Assembly: GCA_001774685.1 (NCBI GenBank)
Contig: MFAS01000001.1
Location: forward strand, 961,252-1,025,251
Direction: 5' to 3'
Length of the DNA: 64,000 nucleotides
From: Candidatus Collierbacteria bacterium RIFOXYD2_FULL_45_13
GTDB lineage: Bacteria; Patescibacteriota; Microgenomatia; UBA1400; MFAQ01
Position 1 is the stretch's first letter. Each line of letters begins with the position of its first letter. Shown one piece after another: positions 17,159 to 27,335 of this stretch. Made by a program: the position numbers and the translations under genes. The notes below the pieces were generated by a model. That model did no database searches. It saw only the letters and a program-made list of their open reading frames with translations, and was not told where the DNA came from.

Positions 17159-20100
17159 TATAGTTTTAGAAATCCAAATATATCCTCCAAATTGGCGAGT
17201 ATCACATCAAAAGCCGCCTGTTGCGAGGTCGGAGTCACCACCACCGTATCTCTAGTCGCCACCGTGTTCCCGGTCTTATCCGTAGAAGTAACTTTTAGGT
17301 GATAAGTCGATGTCGGCTGCAGGTCACGAATCACCATCACATGTTTGGTGGTCAGTTCTTGATCTTTTTCGGTTGACGAAGAATACTCGGTACCGGTACC
17401 GGTTCCCCAGACCACTTGGCCCAAGGCCGGCTCATCCGTATCCCAAGAGACAATGATACTTGTCTTGGCTTCCGAACCAACCCCGGACATAGGTGTCTCA
17501 ATCACCACGTTGCTTATTACTGGTGGTCTGGTATCTGCTCCGGTGACATAACGGATAGGGTCAGCGATGACTTCATTACCATTTCCATCTCTACCACTAA
17601 TAGTAAAAACATAGACAGCTCCATCCTCAAGATCTTGGAGTCTCATCAGATGTTTCGTCTCCAGTTTTCCGGAATACGTTTGTTTTTGCGCAGTCTTTGG
17701 TGTCGTTGGTAACTGAGATAATCTAGCTTGAGACATGCTCGACAAGGTCGACAGGTCTACCTCCGATCCCAAACGACTCTGATCTACCGCCAAACCCTGA
17801 TAATCCACTTGACCGGTGGTGGCTACATTGGTCGCCCAAGCCAAGATCACTGATGTCCCGCCGGCACCCTGATCGGTATTTAGTACCACAGCCGTCACTT
17901 TCGGATAAGTCAAGGTGGAGAAGGTGTAGTCATCAGATATCACGTCGTTTCCATCCAGATCGATACCCCGGATTCTAAAATGGTAGGTAGTGGAGTGTGT
18001 CAAATCAGCAATCCTTCCTGTATGCAATGTTTCTCCGGAGCTGGCCGACACCGAGATTTCCGCACCATAATCAGTGGTCGTACCATACTCAATTTCCGAT
18101 GAAGCCAGCGAGGCGCTGGACCAATTAATCACTACGGTAGTTAATGTTTCGTCGGTCACTTCTACACCGGTGATCGAGGGTGTTGATTGAGTGGTAAAGC
18201 TATAATCAGCAGAATAAGCGTCAGTACGGCTATAACCCATGAGACCAGAATCGTCCAAGTTCTGTACTCTATAGTGATAGGTTTCTCCCGGAGTCAAACC
18301 GGAAATCTTGACAGAGTGAGAGGCACTTTGCGTTGCCTCAGAAGCATTGCTTCCGTAGCCGGTTGTCTTACCGTAATCGACCGATCCAAACGATTTTCTG
18401 GACGTGGTCCAGGTCACCGTGGCAGTTGCCGCACCTACCGTTACCGATGGTGTTCCGCCAGTTGTCGGCGGTGAGGTGTATTTTCCCTCGGGAGCAGAAT
18501 TGACAGTGTTTGAATAAAGTGAGGTAGCTCCGGCATTGTCTACCGCTTGCACCTTGTAGTAGTACTTTGTAGACTGGGTCAGGTCTGCATCGGTATAAGC
18601 GGTTGAGGTAGTCGAACCAACTTTTGTAAAAGTCGAGTTATCTGTCGACTTGTAAACATCATATCTTGCCGGCGTTCCTCCCGATGCCGCTACTTTCCAG
18701 GCCAAGGTCAATCTCCAACTCGAACTATCCTTATCCGAAGCATCAGTCACCGTCAGCGAAGTCGGAGCTCCGGGTGCTGTAGTGCTCGCATAAAAATCTG
18801 CCGTCGCATAAGCGTCAAAATTTCTGTTCCCTAAACCAGTAGAGGTATTGATAGTATTGTCTTCGGCCACTATATAGAAAGTATTTTTTCCTTGTTGGGT
18901 TGCCAGGGCCGTCGCTGTAATCGTCCGATCAACCGTCTGTGTCGCACTGGTTTCTGACATTGTCAGAGCACTAGGGGTACAGTTAACGCAGTAATAATAC
19001 TTGGCAATTGCTCCCGAATAAGTCGCCGGTTCACCCCATGTCACCGTAAATGAGTTGGTTGATGATGGACTGTCGGCTGTAGTGCTTGGTGTAATGGTTA
19101 GACTTGTTGGTGCAGTTGGCGCTTCGGCGTTGTAATAATATTTCGTATTTATTGTTGATGAGTAATTCCCCGCATTGTCATAGGCTCGCAAATAGAAAGT
19201 GTTCTCGCCACTCTGATAAGCCGGAATGTCCGCCACTGATGTTCCAGTGGTATTCTGCCAATCACTTAATGCTCCCGACTCCGTCCCTGTCTTGTACTGG
19301 TAGCCGGCCAAACCGGATCCTCCGGTATCGGTGGTAGCCGGCCAGTAGAAAGTGTACGAATTAGAAACGCTGTACCCCACACTGGTACTGGTCACCGTTG
19401 CCGGTGCGGAGGGAGCCGTCCCATCATAGGTATAAGTAAACTTTGTTTGGGTCGCCGAGTAATTTCCGTTATTATCTTTAGTCTGCACTCTCAAATAGTA
19501 TGGAGTGCCACTAATTAGCGATGAAGCGGTATAGTTTGTGGTCGTCTGTAAGGTAGCCGAAGCACTCGCCTCACCCGCCTCATCCGTGTCCATAAATAGG
19601 TAGTATCCCGCCACTCCACTGCCACCATCTCCATCAGATCCGGCCGACCAGGTAAAGTAAGGGTTAGCGTATCCTCTGTAAGCTCCCGTGGTAATCGCCG
19701 TTCCCAGTGCCGAAGTATCGTACCCAGAAATCGTCGTCGGATTACTCGGCGCCGTCTCGTCGTTGTAATAATTTAACGTAATACTATTTATAGACGGTGT
19801 GTTGACGTTATCTGTAGAAAAAAGTTTCGCTCTTACTTGCAAGTACTTGTTTACTGCAGAGCCGACAGAATACGAGTAGTCACTCCCCACATTGTATTTT
19901 TGGTTCGCATAACTCCAGCTACTCCAAGTAGCGCTATCCGTCGAACTTCTGGTCTCAAACACCGTTCTCGTGGCTGATGGCGAAGCCATATTTACTTCTA
20001 AACCTGCCCAGCCAAACGGCTTGCCAAGAGTCAAAGTGTCACTAGTGTAAGTGCCGCTATTTTCATAAGCTTTATCGCTCGCAGGTGGCAAGAACCAGTA

Positions 20101-23100
20101 CCAACCGTATCCGGCCGAACCAGTCCCTTGACCAAAAGTGGTGAAAACTCTGTTACCTGCCTTTACCATAGCGTTGTACGATATCAGGTTTGACGCCGCA
20201 GCCACGGTCGTCCAAGAATTACTAGGAATATCGTATTTAAACATCGCCCCCGAAATATAGCTCCTCGGCATCCAGATTGAAGTACCATCGGTAGTCATAA
20301 TATTTCCACCGTAAGATGTATAAATCGTCGCCGGTGCCGCAGCCATAGTAGACCAAGTATTGGCCGCTACATTGTAGCGATAAAACGTAGTTGTGTTGTA
20401 CCCTCTTGGTGTATAGATATAGCCATTACCGTCATAGACTAAGCCTAAACTGTAATGCACTGTATCTGCCGTAGATGTCTTGGCTGTCCAAGCATTGCTA
20501 TTTATGTCATACTCCCAGAAGTCCGTTGTTCCTCCACCCCTTAATGCATAAAGTTTTCCGTTATCTTCGTTGTATATCAATCCGTTACCATAACTAGTAC
20601 TAGACGGTGTAGTCGTTAGTGTCGTCCAATTATTAGTTGTTGTGTCATAACGCCAAAAGGCCGTCGAACCTCCTCTAAGGGCATAGATATAACGTGTACC
20701 ATCATATGCCAATGAAGTTCCATAAGACGCATAGTTAGGAGAGTCAGCCACTCTCGTCCAAGTATTGGCTGAAATTGAATATTTATAAAAATATCGATAG
20801 ATCCAAACGGCATTTGAGTTTACCGGCAATACATATACCGTATCGTCGCCGTCGTAGGCCAAACCAGCTCCATTCGTGGTATAAACTGGTGAGGGAGCCA
20901 CCGCATTTTGCCACTCGTTATAGGTCGGGTCGTATGCCCAAAACTCGTTAGAGTTAGCTCCTCTGGTCGCATAAATTTTATCCGTTATACCATCATAGGT
21001 TAATGATGCTCCGTAACTTGGCGTCCCCGGAGTATTTGTTAATTTCGTCCAAGCATTTGAGGTTGGATCATACTCATAAAAACTAGTGGTTGAGTTACCG
21101 GGTAAGGCGTATACCTTTCCATTTCTATACGACAAAGCTCCACCGGCTGAGTTATAGAAAGGTGTATCTGTTAATGTTGACCAAGTATCTGTCGTAATAT
21201 CGTATCGCCAAAATCTTCGTAAATAGCCATAGCTTTGATCATAACCCGGCGTTGCATAAATGTAATGCCCACCGTCGTAAGCCAGTCCAGCTCCTGTATT
21301 TGTCAAGAACGGTGCACTTGTCCTCGAAGACCAGGTGTCAGTTGCCGGTAGGTACCTCCAAAACGCCGTGCCACCACCCTGAAAAGCATAGACATAAGTA
21401 CCGTCTGAAGTTAGAGTTGCTCCGCCACCATTTGCATTAAACACGCCTGGTGCACTAGCCACCGTCGACCAAGTATTAGTCGCTACAGTGTACTTGTAGA
21501 CCGTAGCTGTACCAAGATAACGGATGACAAAGATGTTAGTTCCGTCCGTCGTAATATTGTTTTGGTAAATAGCGTGTAGTCCTCCTGGTGTACTAGCCAT
21601 AGTTGTCCAAGCACCAGTAGAAACAGTGTAACGATAGAAGGTAGTTGTGTTGTTCCCCGCTGCTACGTAGACATAACCTCCGAGGTAGACAGCACCACCG
21701 CCGTAGTAGACGGCAGTGGGAACGCCCGGCAAACTCCATCTCCCCAACTCATTTCGAGCCAGTTTCAGAGACCCTGCCGAACTGGTCGCCTCTGTGTTAG
21801 ATAATGTTCCTGCCGTAAAGTCGGCCTGTGAAGTTTTTGTCACCGTTGATACCGGCGACACACCAGTGTAAGCGTAAGTAAAGCTAGCCGCGCTACTGGA
21901 AGTGTTCCCGGCAAAGTCTTTGGTTTTAATTCTCAGGTAGTACGTCGTCCCGGAAGTCATCGTTTCTGTCACCTGAAAAGAGGTTCCCATTTGTAGATTC
22001 CCCGCTGTCGCCGGGTCGGCACTAACGTTGCTCCCAAAATAAACAAAGTAACCGGAGACAGTGCTTTCACTGTCTATCGCTGCCGGCCAGCTAAAGTACG
22101 GGCTGGGGTAAAAGTAAGAGCTACCAGATGATAGAGCCGTCCCCAAACTACTATTGTCGTACCCACTTATTGTTGGACTACTTGGAGCTCCCGTGTCTCC
22201 CGTGTAATTTACAGTGTAGTCCGATAAAGTGGGCGAGCTTACTCCATCACTACTAGCCAAAGTGGCTTTTACTTCCAAAAATCTCTGAGCCGTGGACTGA
22301 ATATTTCCACTGGATAGTGTCTGCCAAGCACTCCATACTCCCGAGTCGGTACTACTTCTAGTTTGAAAAGTAATACTGGTGTTGGCCGGTGTCGTCGTGG
22401 TACTGGTAAGGCTTCCAAAGCTTGCAACGTAATTAAAGTCGTGTCGCTTGATAAAGTACCCAGAAGACTGATAAGTGGTAGTACCTGGCGTAATTCGATA
22501 AAAGTCTGGTGTAGCTGCACCTCTGGTGGCGTAAATCTTATTATTGTCTGTATCATAGGTTAGAGCTGCACCATAACTAAATGCACTAGGTACTGTCGAG
22601 ATCTTCGACCAGGAGTTCAGAGCGACATTGTAGGCATAAAGCTGGGTAGTTCCTTGCATCGAAGCATATACAATACCGTTACGGTAAGTAATTGATCCCC
22701 CTGTAGCATTAGTGTCTGGTGTCTCCGCTAAGTTACTACTCCAAGTGTTAGCTGCGATGTCGTAACGCCAAAATCCTCGCACGTGCTCTGCCCCAGATAC
22801 ATACCCTGGCAAGGCGTAAATATAATTTCCACCATCATAAACCAAACCAGCGCCGGTATAAGGAGCGGCTGGTGCCACGGCCCTTGTCGTCCACGAATTC
22901 CCAGCTATGTCGTATCTCCAAAAAGCCGTTGTCCCTCCCTGGAATGCATATAGGTAAGTACCATCGGAAGTCAAAGTACATCCTCCACCATTAGCACAAA
23001 AAACGGCGGGGGCATCCGCCACCGTCGACCAAGTATTAGTCGCTACAGTGTACTTGTAGACCGTAGCTGTACCAAGATAACGGATGACAAAGATGTTAGT

Positions 23101-23985
23101 TCCGTCCGTCGTAATATTGTTTTGGTAAATAGCGTGTAGTCCTCCTGGTGTACTAGCCATAGTTGTCCAAGCACCAGTAGAAACAGTGTAACGATAGAAG
23201 GTAGTTGTGTTGTTCCCCGCTGCTACGTAGACATAACCTCCGAGGTAGACAGCACCACCGCCGTAGTAGACGGCAGTGGGAACTGCATTCATGTTTGACC
23301 AAGTATTAGTTGCCACGTCGTAACTGTAAAAATCAATACTGTTACTACCCCTTGTCGCAAAAATTTTGTGGTTAACCGTGTCATAGGTCAGTGACGCTCC
23401 ATAACTAGTTGTTCCTGGGAGGCTGGCCATGGTCGACCATGTGTTGGTCGCCACAGAGTAACGATAGAATCCCGTTGTTCCACCAGTGGCCAAATAGACA
23501 TAACCATTTTTATAAGTAATGGCACAGCCGGCAGTACAGTATGAAGGCGTGTCCGCCATGGTCGTCCAAACATTCTTATCCATGTCATAGCGCCAAAATC
23601 TCCGCAAGTAACCATAACTACCATCGTACCCTGGTACTGCCCAAATGTAGTTATTGTCTGTGTCTACCACCATTCCGGCACCCGTGTTGGTCAAAAATGG
23701 TGTACTGCTGACCCCCTCCATCAATCCATTTCCACCAGGAGCTAGCTTTACCTCACCGGAAGATGTAGCCGTATCCAAGTTATTGGTCTCCCGGTAGTCC
23801 ACCGCTTCCCAGTCTGTCTTGCTCGACATGGTCACCGAAGATGCCGCCTGCGCTTCACCTGGTTTCGTCGAGATATTTCCATCGCGAATTGAGAGTAAGT
23901 TCCACGGCAGGATCATCAGCACACAAAGAACCGACCAAATGGTTTTCTTCGTGAGGCGTCTCAGTGTCTTTCTGTACCGTTTCAT
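17158..23985 (-). CDS. giant (2275 aa) cell-surface protein: Kelch-like beta-propeller repeats plus multiple FN3-like domains
   Basis: N-terminal signal/anchor. Repeated ...Y.YA..G....F.RYD...W modules. FN3-like blocks (TAPSAPT.., PGETYHYRVQ, HSTTYHFRIRGID). ATGA-coupled upstream and 1-nt overlap with the permease downstream. Confidence 0.8.
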   Translation of the reverse strand: MKRYRKTLRRLTKKTIWSVLCVLMILPWNLLSIRDGNISTKPGEAQAASSVTMSSKTDWEAVDYRETNNLDTATSSGEVKLAPGGNGLMEGVSSTPFLTNTGAGMVVDTDNNYIWAVPGYDGSYGYLRRFWRYDMDKNVWTTMADTPSYCTAGCAITYKNGYVYLATGGTTGFYRYSVATNTWSTMASLPGTTSYGASLTYDTVNHKIFATRGSNSIDFYSYDVATNTWSNMNAVPTAVYYGGGAVYLGGYVYVAAGNNTTTFYRYTVSTGAWTTMASTPGGLHAIYQNNITTDGTNIFVIRYLGTATVYKYTVATNTWSTVADAPAVFCANGGGCTLTSDGTYLYAFQGGTTAFWRYDIAGNSWTTRAVAPAAPYTGAGLVYDGGNYIYALPGYVSGAEHVRGFWRYDIAANTWSSNLAETPDTNATGGSITYRNGIVYASMQGTTQLYAYNVALNSWSKISTVPSAFSYGAALTYDTDNNKIYATRGAATPDFYRITPGTTTYQSSGYFIKRHDFNYVASFGSLTSTTTTPANTSITFQTRSSTDSGVWSAWQTLSSGNIQSTAQRFLEVKATLASSDGVSSPTLSDYTVNYTGDTGAPSSPTISGYDNSSLGTALSSGSSYFYPSPYFSWPAAIDSESTVSGYFVYFGSNVSADPATAGNLQMGTSFQVTETMTSGTTYYLRIKTKDFAGNTSSSAASFTYAYTGVSPVSTVTKTSQADFTAGTLSNTEATSSAGSLKLARNELGRWSLPGVPTAVYYGGGAVYLGGYVYVAAGNNTTTFYRYTVSTGAWTTMASTPGGLHAIYQNNITTDGTNIFVIRYLGTATVYKYTVATNTWSTVASAPGVFNANGGGATLTSDGTYVYAFQGGGTAFWRYLPATDTWSSRTSAPFLTNTGAGLAYDGGHYIYATPGYDQSYGYLRRFWRYDITTDTWSTLTDTPFYNSAGGALSYRNGKVYALPGNSTTSFYEYDPTSNAWTKLTNTPGTPSYGASLTYDGITDKIYATRGANSNEFWAYDPTYNEWQNAVAPSPVYTTNGAGLAYDGDDTVYVLPVNSNAVWIYRYFYKYSISANTWTRVADSPNYASYGTSLAYDGTRYIYALRGGSTAFWRYDTTTNNWTTLTTTPSSTSYGNGLIYNEDNGKLYALRGGGTTDFWEYDINSNAWTAKTSTADTVHYSLGLVYDGNGYIYTPRGYNTTTFYRYNVAANTWSTMAAAPATIYTSYGGNIMTTDGTSIWMPRSYISGAMFKYDIPSNSWTTVAAASNLISYNAMVKAGNRVFTTFGQGTGSAGYGWYWFLPPASDKAYENSGTYTSDTLTLGKPFGWAGLEVNMASPSATRTVFETRSSTDSATWSSWSYANQKYNVGSDYSYSVGSAVNKYLQVRAKLFSTDNVNTPSINSITLNYYNDETAPSNPTTISGYDTSALGTAITTGAYRGYANPYFTWSAGSDGDGGSGVAGYYLFMDTDEAGEASASATLQTTTNYTASSLISGTPYYLRVQTKDNNGNYSATQTKFTYTYDGTAPSAPATVTSTSVGYSVSNSYTFYWPATTDTGGSGLAGYQYKTGTESGALSDWQNTTGTSVADIPAYQSGENTFYLRAYDNAGNYSSTINTKYYYNAEAPTAPTSLTITPSTTADSPSSTNSFTVTWGEPATYSGAIAKYYYCVNCTPSALTMSETSATQTVDRTITATALATQQGKNTFYIVAEDNTINTSTGLGNRNFDAYATADFYASTTAPGAPTSLTVTDASDKDSSSWRLTLAWKVAASGGTPARYDVYKSTDNSTFTKVGSTTSTAYTDADLTQSTKYYYKVQAVDNAGATSLYSNTVNSAPEGKYTSPPTTGGTPSVTVGAATATVTWTTSRKSFGSVDYGKTTGYGSNASEATQSASHSVKISGLTPGETYHYRVQNLDDSGLMGYSRTDAYSADYSFTTQSTPSITGVEVTDETLTTVVINWSSASLASSEIEYGTTTDYGAEISVSASSGETLHTGRIADLTHSTTYHFRIRGIDLDGNDVISDDYTFSTLTYPKVTAVVLNTDQGAGGTSVILAWATNVATTGQVDYQGLAVDQSRLGSEVDLSTLSSMSQARLSQLPTTPKTAQKQTYSGKLETKHLMRLQDLEDGAVYVFTISGRDGNGNEVIADPIRYVTGADTRPPVISNVVIETPMSGVGSEAKTSIIVSWDTDEPALGQVVWGTGTGTEYSSSTEKDQELTTKHVMVIRDLQPTSTYHLKVTSTDKTGNTVATRDTVVVTPTSQQAAFDVILANLEDIFGFLKL
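21458..21723. repeat. 266-bp perfect direct repeat, copy 1 (inside the Kelch-like gene)
   Basis: Identical to 23018..23283; encodes GAVYLGGYVYVAAGNNTTTFYRYTVSTGAWTTMASTPGGLHAIYQNNITTDGTNIFVIRYLGTATVYKYTVATNTWSTVA. Confidence 0.8.
23018..23283. repeat. 266-bp perfect direct repeat, copy 2
   Basis: Identical to 21458..21723; in frame, 1560 bp offset. Confidence 0.8.
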
Positions 23986-24497
23986 GGAACTGCAATGGGG
24001 CTAGGTGGTAATGCAAGTTCTCCAGTAACCATCTCGGCTCGAAAAGGCTTCTCACCCAAACCATAAAGTTTGCCTTCCGAAAAAATCTTAAAGTAAACCG
24101 TGCTCATGGGTCCCGCCGAAATTACAGCCATGTGGGACTTCTGCGGTTCGGTATCGTTGGCACTCATCACGGGGCTCGATAGATACTCGGCGGAGTTACC
24201 CCAGATCACCATACCAATACTTAGTTTACTCGTTTCCCAGCTCACCATCACATTTCCCAAAGCATCTCTACGATACTGGATACTGCTTGGCTCAGTGGAC
24301 ATTTTTACTCCCCACCATTTTATCCCCGGACCATACTTTACGACTCCATAAATACCAAGAACAAAAATCATGGACACAAATGAAATCAAGACAAGCCTCC
24401 AATACCTTTTTGAAAACCTAGAAACCAGACCAACTTTATGGTTCACATCACTCCTCTGAAAGTCGTTTCGCGACTTTGAATCACTCTTGGCAGGCAT
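23982..24497 (-). CDS. membrane-anchored FN3-like protein (171 aa)
   Basis: Basic N-terminus, TM helix LVLISFVSMIFVLGIYGVV, then a beta domain. ATGA overlap with the giant gene start. Confidence 0.55.
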   Translation of the reverse strand: MPAKSDSKSRNDFQRSDVNHKVGLVSRFSKRYWRLVLISFVSMIFVLGIYGVVKYGPGIKWWGVKMSTEPSSIQYRRDALGNVMVSWETSKLSIGMVIWGNSAEYLSSPVMSANDTEPQKSHMAVISAGPMSTVYFKIFSEGKLYGLGEKPFRAEMVTGELALPPSPIAVP

Positions 24498-24629
24498 ATG
24501 CAGGTTGTACCGAAAAAAGCTTCCGATAATTCAGTCTAGAGGAATCATAGGCTAAAAGCAAGAGATGAAACCATTCCGGATCTGTAGCCAAACAAGCATG
24601 GGGAAATGCAGTGGGCTTTTGATACAGAA

Positions 24630-24652
24630 AATCCCCCGCTTTCGCGGGGGAT
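24630..24652 (-). terminator. Rho-independent terminator cccccgc-tttc-gcggggg
   Basis: Directly downstream of the minus-strand protease gene, with a T-run on the minus strand. Confidence 0.55.
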
Positions 24653-24657
24653 AAAGG

Positions 24658-25716
24658 TTATTCGCCTCTCAAACTTACAATCTTATCTTTCATGATCTGC
24701 AATTGCAGAGGTGTAAAGGCGGAGTCACCCCATGGCCTAGGACCATTAAACACATACAAGCCCATGAGGTTGTAGAAGTTGTCGTAGAAAGTGTACAACT
24801 TACGACCATTACACGTCCCGGCCTCAAACATCGGCGGCATGGTACCCAGCTGATTGAGCGCCTTGACAAGATAATTGGGCATATCATCGAGATAGAAAAA
24901 CTCGCTGTTCGGGAACTTGGCCGGCTTGTAATAACCCACTTGGTAAGCGTCCCCCAAACCCAGCTGATGACCAAGTTCGTGGGTGGTAATGTAGTTCGCA
25001 GCCGGATTGTTCGAAGTCAGGATGATCACACTGCCGTTATTTAGTGATGTACCGGCGAGCACGTTAGTTTTCACGGCGATAATCACCGAGTCCACCGGGT
25101 ACCGGCTTCGCAATACCGCCAGAAGCTCCACTCTCTCTTGATCATTCTCAAACAAAATGGTAGTGCTCTGCTGGACAAAGGCCAGATCAAAAGGCTTGTC
25201 GACATACGCGAAGTCCACTCGGAGCCCTTCAAAGTTACCCCTAACATCCTCTATCAACTTCGCCAGTTCCACCGGATTTTCTTCGCTGGTATACCCCACT
25301 CCTACGAACAAAACGTGGAAGTTCCTCGGACTAAAATCGTCGTCGGTGTGAAGTATCTTGAATGGTGGACCCAGGTTGGGAGTAGCGGTCGGTTCGACAG
25401 TCACAGGCAAATCCGTTGGACTCACAATTTGTGGCTCTGAAGTAGCAGGTGCGACAGAGACTTCGGTCGGGGGCGGTACTTGTCCAAGCTCCAGCCCGTT
25501 CACTACCGGAGTCATGGGTACCGGCGTCCCGGCCGCCAATCTTTCCTGCCCGGAACTCTCTTCTTTAAGCACGCAGTACTCAGGCAGAGGACCAGAATAG
25601 GATATGGGCATAGGTAAGGGCATAACCAACACGGAACGTCCCTCACCTATCTCAACGGCTACCATGGCAACCGTTAGTACCAACACCACTCCCAGCGGGA
25701 ATAAGTTTTTCATCAA
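24658..25716 (-). CDS. secreted zinc metalloprotease with HExxHxxGxxD motif
   Basis: Signal peptide, Pro-rich linker, then ITTHELGHQLGLGDAY. An Asp third zinc ligand is what snapalysin-type (M7) metzincin-like enzymes use. Confidence 0.6.
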   Translation of the reverse strand: MMKNLFPLGVVLVLTVAMVAVEIGEGRSVLVMPLPMPISYSGPLPEYCVLKEESSGQERLAAGTPVPMTPVVNGLELGQVPPPTEVSVAPATSEPQIVSPTDLPVTVEPTATPNLGPPFKILHTDDDFSPRNFHVLFVGVGYTSEENPVELAKLIEDVRGNFEGLRVDFAYVDKPFDLAFVQQSTTILFENDQERVELLAVLRSRYPVDSVIIAVKTNVLAGTSLNNGSVIILTSNNPAANYITTHELGHQLGLGDAYQVGYYKPAKFPNSEFFYLDDMPNYLVKALNQLGTMPPMFEAGTCNGRKLYTFYDNFYNLMGLYVFNGPRPWGDSAFTPLQLQIMKDKIVSLRGE

Positions 25717-25793
25717 AACCTCCGTTTTAGATTTTTATTGTACCTGCGCATTCTAGCGCAGATACCCTATAAAATCAAATACCAAGCTAAAGT

Positions 25794-27068
25794 CTAAATC
25801 TTAAAATCCAGCTTTTTGTAGTTCCCCACCACAGATATACTAAGATTCTCCCTCTTAAATATTTCTTTGGCAATATCTTGGACTTCTTTCAAGGTTACTT
25901 TTTCAACTTTTTCAATCATTTCTTCAGGACTGTAGATCTTTTCTCGGAAAGTCGTGTTTTCCAAAGCCGATCCCAGCACTTCTTCTGGTCTGTCGAAAGC
26001 CAGAGCCAATCGCCCTCTAAAGGTATCTTTTGCTGTTACCACTTCTTCAGCCGTTATCTGCCACTTGCTTCCACCATGGAGACCCAATGAGATTTCAGTA
26101 ATTAGCTCTACTGCTTCGTTCAATTTGTTTTTTGGCAAACCAGCACCAATAAATACGCAACCCGCATCGGAGAACATCTCTACGTCCGATCCAATCCCAT
26201 AGGCCCATCCCCGTTCTTCGCGGATTTCTTTCATCAGGCGTGATAACCAGCCGTCTCCTAAAATCATATTGGTCAGTCCCAAAGCCCATCTTCGCTCATC
26301 ATGCATTCTGATACCTCGAAAGGCCATCACCACTGCCGCCTGCTCGACTTTCCGGCTGGTCAGCTTGAGTCTCGGTTCTTTTTGTTCGTCCCAAACAAAC
26401 TTATTCTTTGTAGGTGTTTTTCTTTCGTCATCAATAAGTGGCGCGAACTCTTTTTTGATTACGTCCAGGACACCTTCATCCTTGCCATAAGCACCCACCA
26501 CCCCTACAACTATATTTTCGGCCACAAACCATTTCTCAAAATATCGCCTCAGTTCTTCTACTGTCATTTCATTCAAACTTTTGACCGTACCAATTATCGG
26601 TCTACCCATATTCGTTTTTCCAAAAATCAGTTTTTCACACTCCTCGGCCGCTTTGGAGTTTGGTCTATCCTCATACATATGTAGCTCTTCCAAGATAGTT
26701 CCCCGCTCCTTATCAAAATGTTCCCTCGGTAGTACCGGCTCGGTCACTACTTGACCAACTATTCTGGTTGCCAGTTCCAAATTACCCTTGTCCATCTTGA
26801 CCCAGAAACCCATTTCGTTTTGGCCGGTGTAGGCATTAAAAGCCCCGCCCACTTTTTCAACCGCCTCGTTAATGTCATACATCTTAGGAAACTTCTTGGT
26901 ACCCTTAAACACAAAGTGCTCCAAAAAGTGCGCACTGCCCGCCTCCTGGTCGTTTTCCTCCCTGCTCCCTGTACCCACCATCACTCGCACCGTCACACTC
27001 TCCCGCTCCTCAGGCACGAGGACTACTCTCAGCTTACCCAGTTTGTATACTTTTGGTGAAAATCTCAT
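25794..27068 (-). CDS. M16-family (pitrilysin/insulinase) zinc peptidase
   Basis: Inverted zincin HxxEH motif in GSAHFLEHFVFKGTKKFP; about 420 aa, typical length. Confidence 0.85.
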   Translation of the reverse strand: MRFSPKVYKLGKLRVVLVPEERESVTVRVMVGTGSREENDQEAGSAHFLEHFVFKGTKKFPKMYDINEAVEKVGGAFNAYTGQNEMGFWVKMDKGNLELATRIVGQVVTEPVLPREHFDKERGTILEELHMYEDRPNSKAAEECEKLIFGKTNMGRPIIGTVKSLNEMTVEELRRYFEKWFVAENIVVGVVGAYGKDEGVLDVIKKEFAPLIDDERKTPTKNKFVWDEQKEPRLKLTSRKVEQAAVVMAFRGIRMHDERRWALGLTNMILGDGWLSRLMKEIREERGWAYGIGSDVEMFSDAGCVFIGAGLPKNKLNEAVELITEISLGLHGGSKWQITAEEVVTAKDTFRGRLALAFDRPEEVLGSALENTTFREKIYSPEEMIEKVEKVTLKEVQDIAKEIFKRENLSISVVGNYKKLDFKI

Positions 27069-27335
27069 CCCTCAATTGTAACGCAGTTACACCACAAGAA
27101 AAGGGGCTCGGTATGACCCTCGCCCCTAATCAACTTACACGAACCTTACGCGATTCACTTACCTGCAAGGTGCAAATAGAACCCTGCTTATTAACGATCC
27201 TGATCAGAGATAAGAAAAGGTTGAAACTGTACGTCTACAATTCTCCCCAATCCTCCAAGCGTTTCACAAGCATGAGATACTTCTTAGGTATCTATATTCA
27301 TAGTAAACATATTTTTCACAAAGATCAATACCCCA

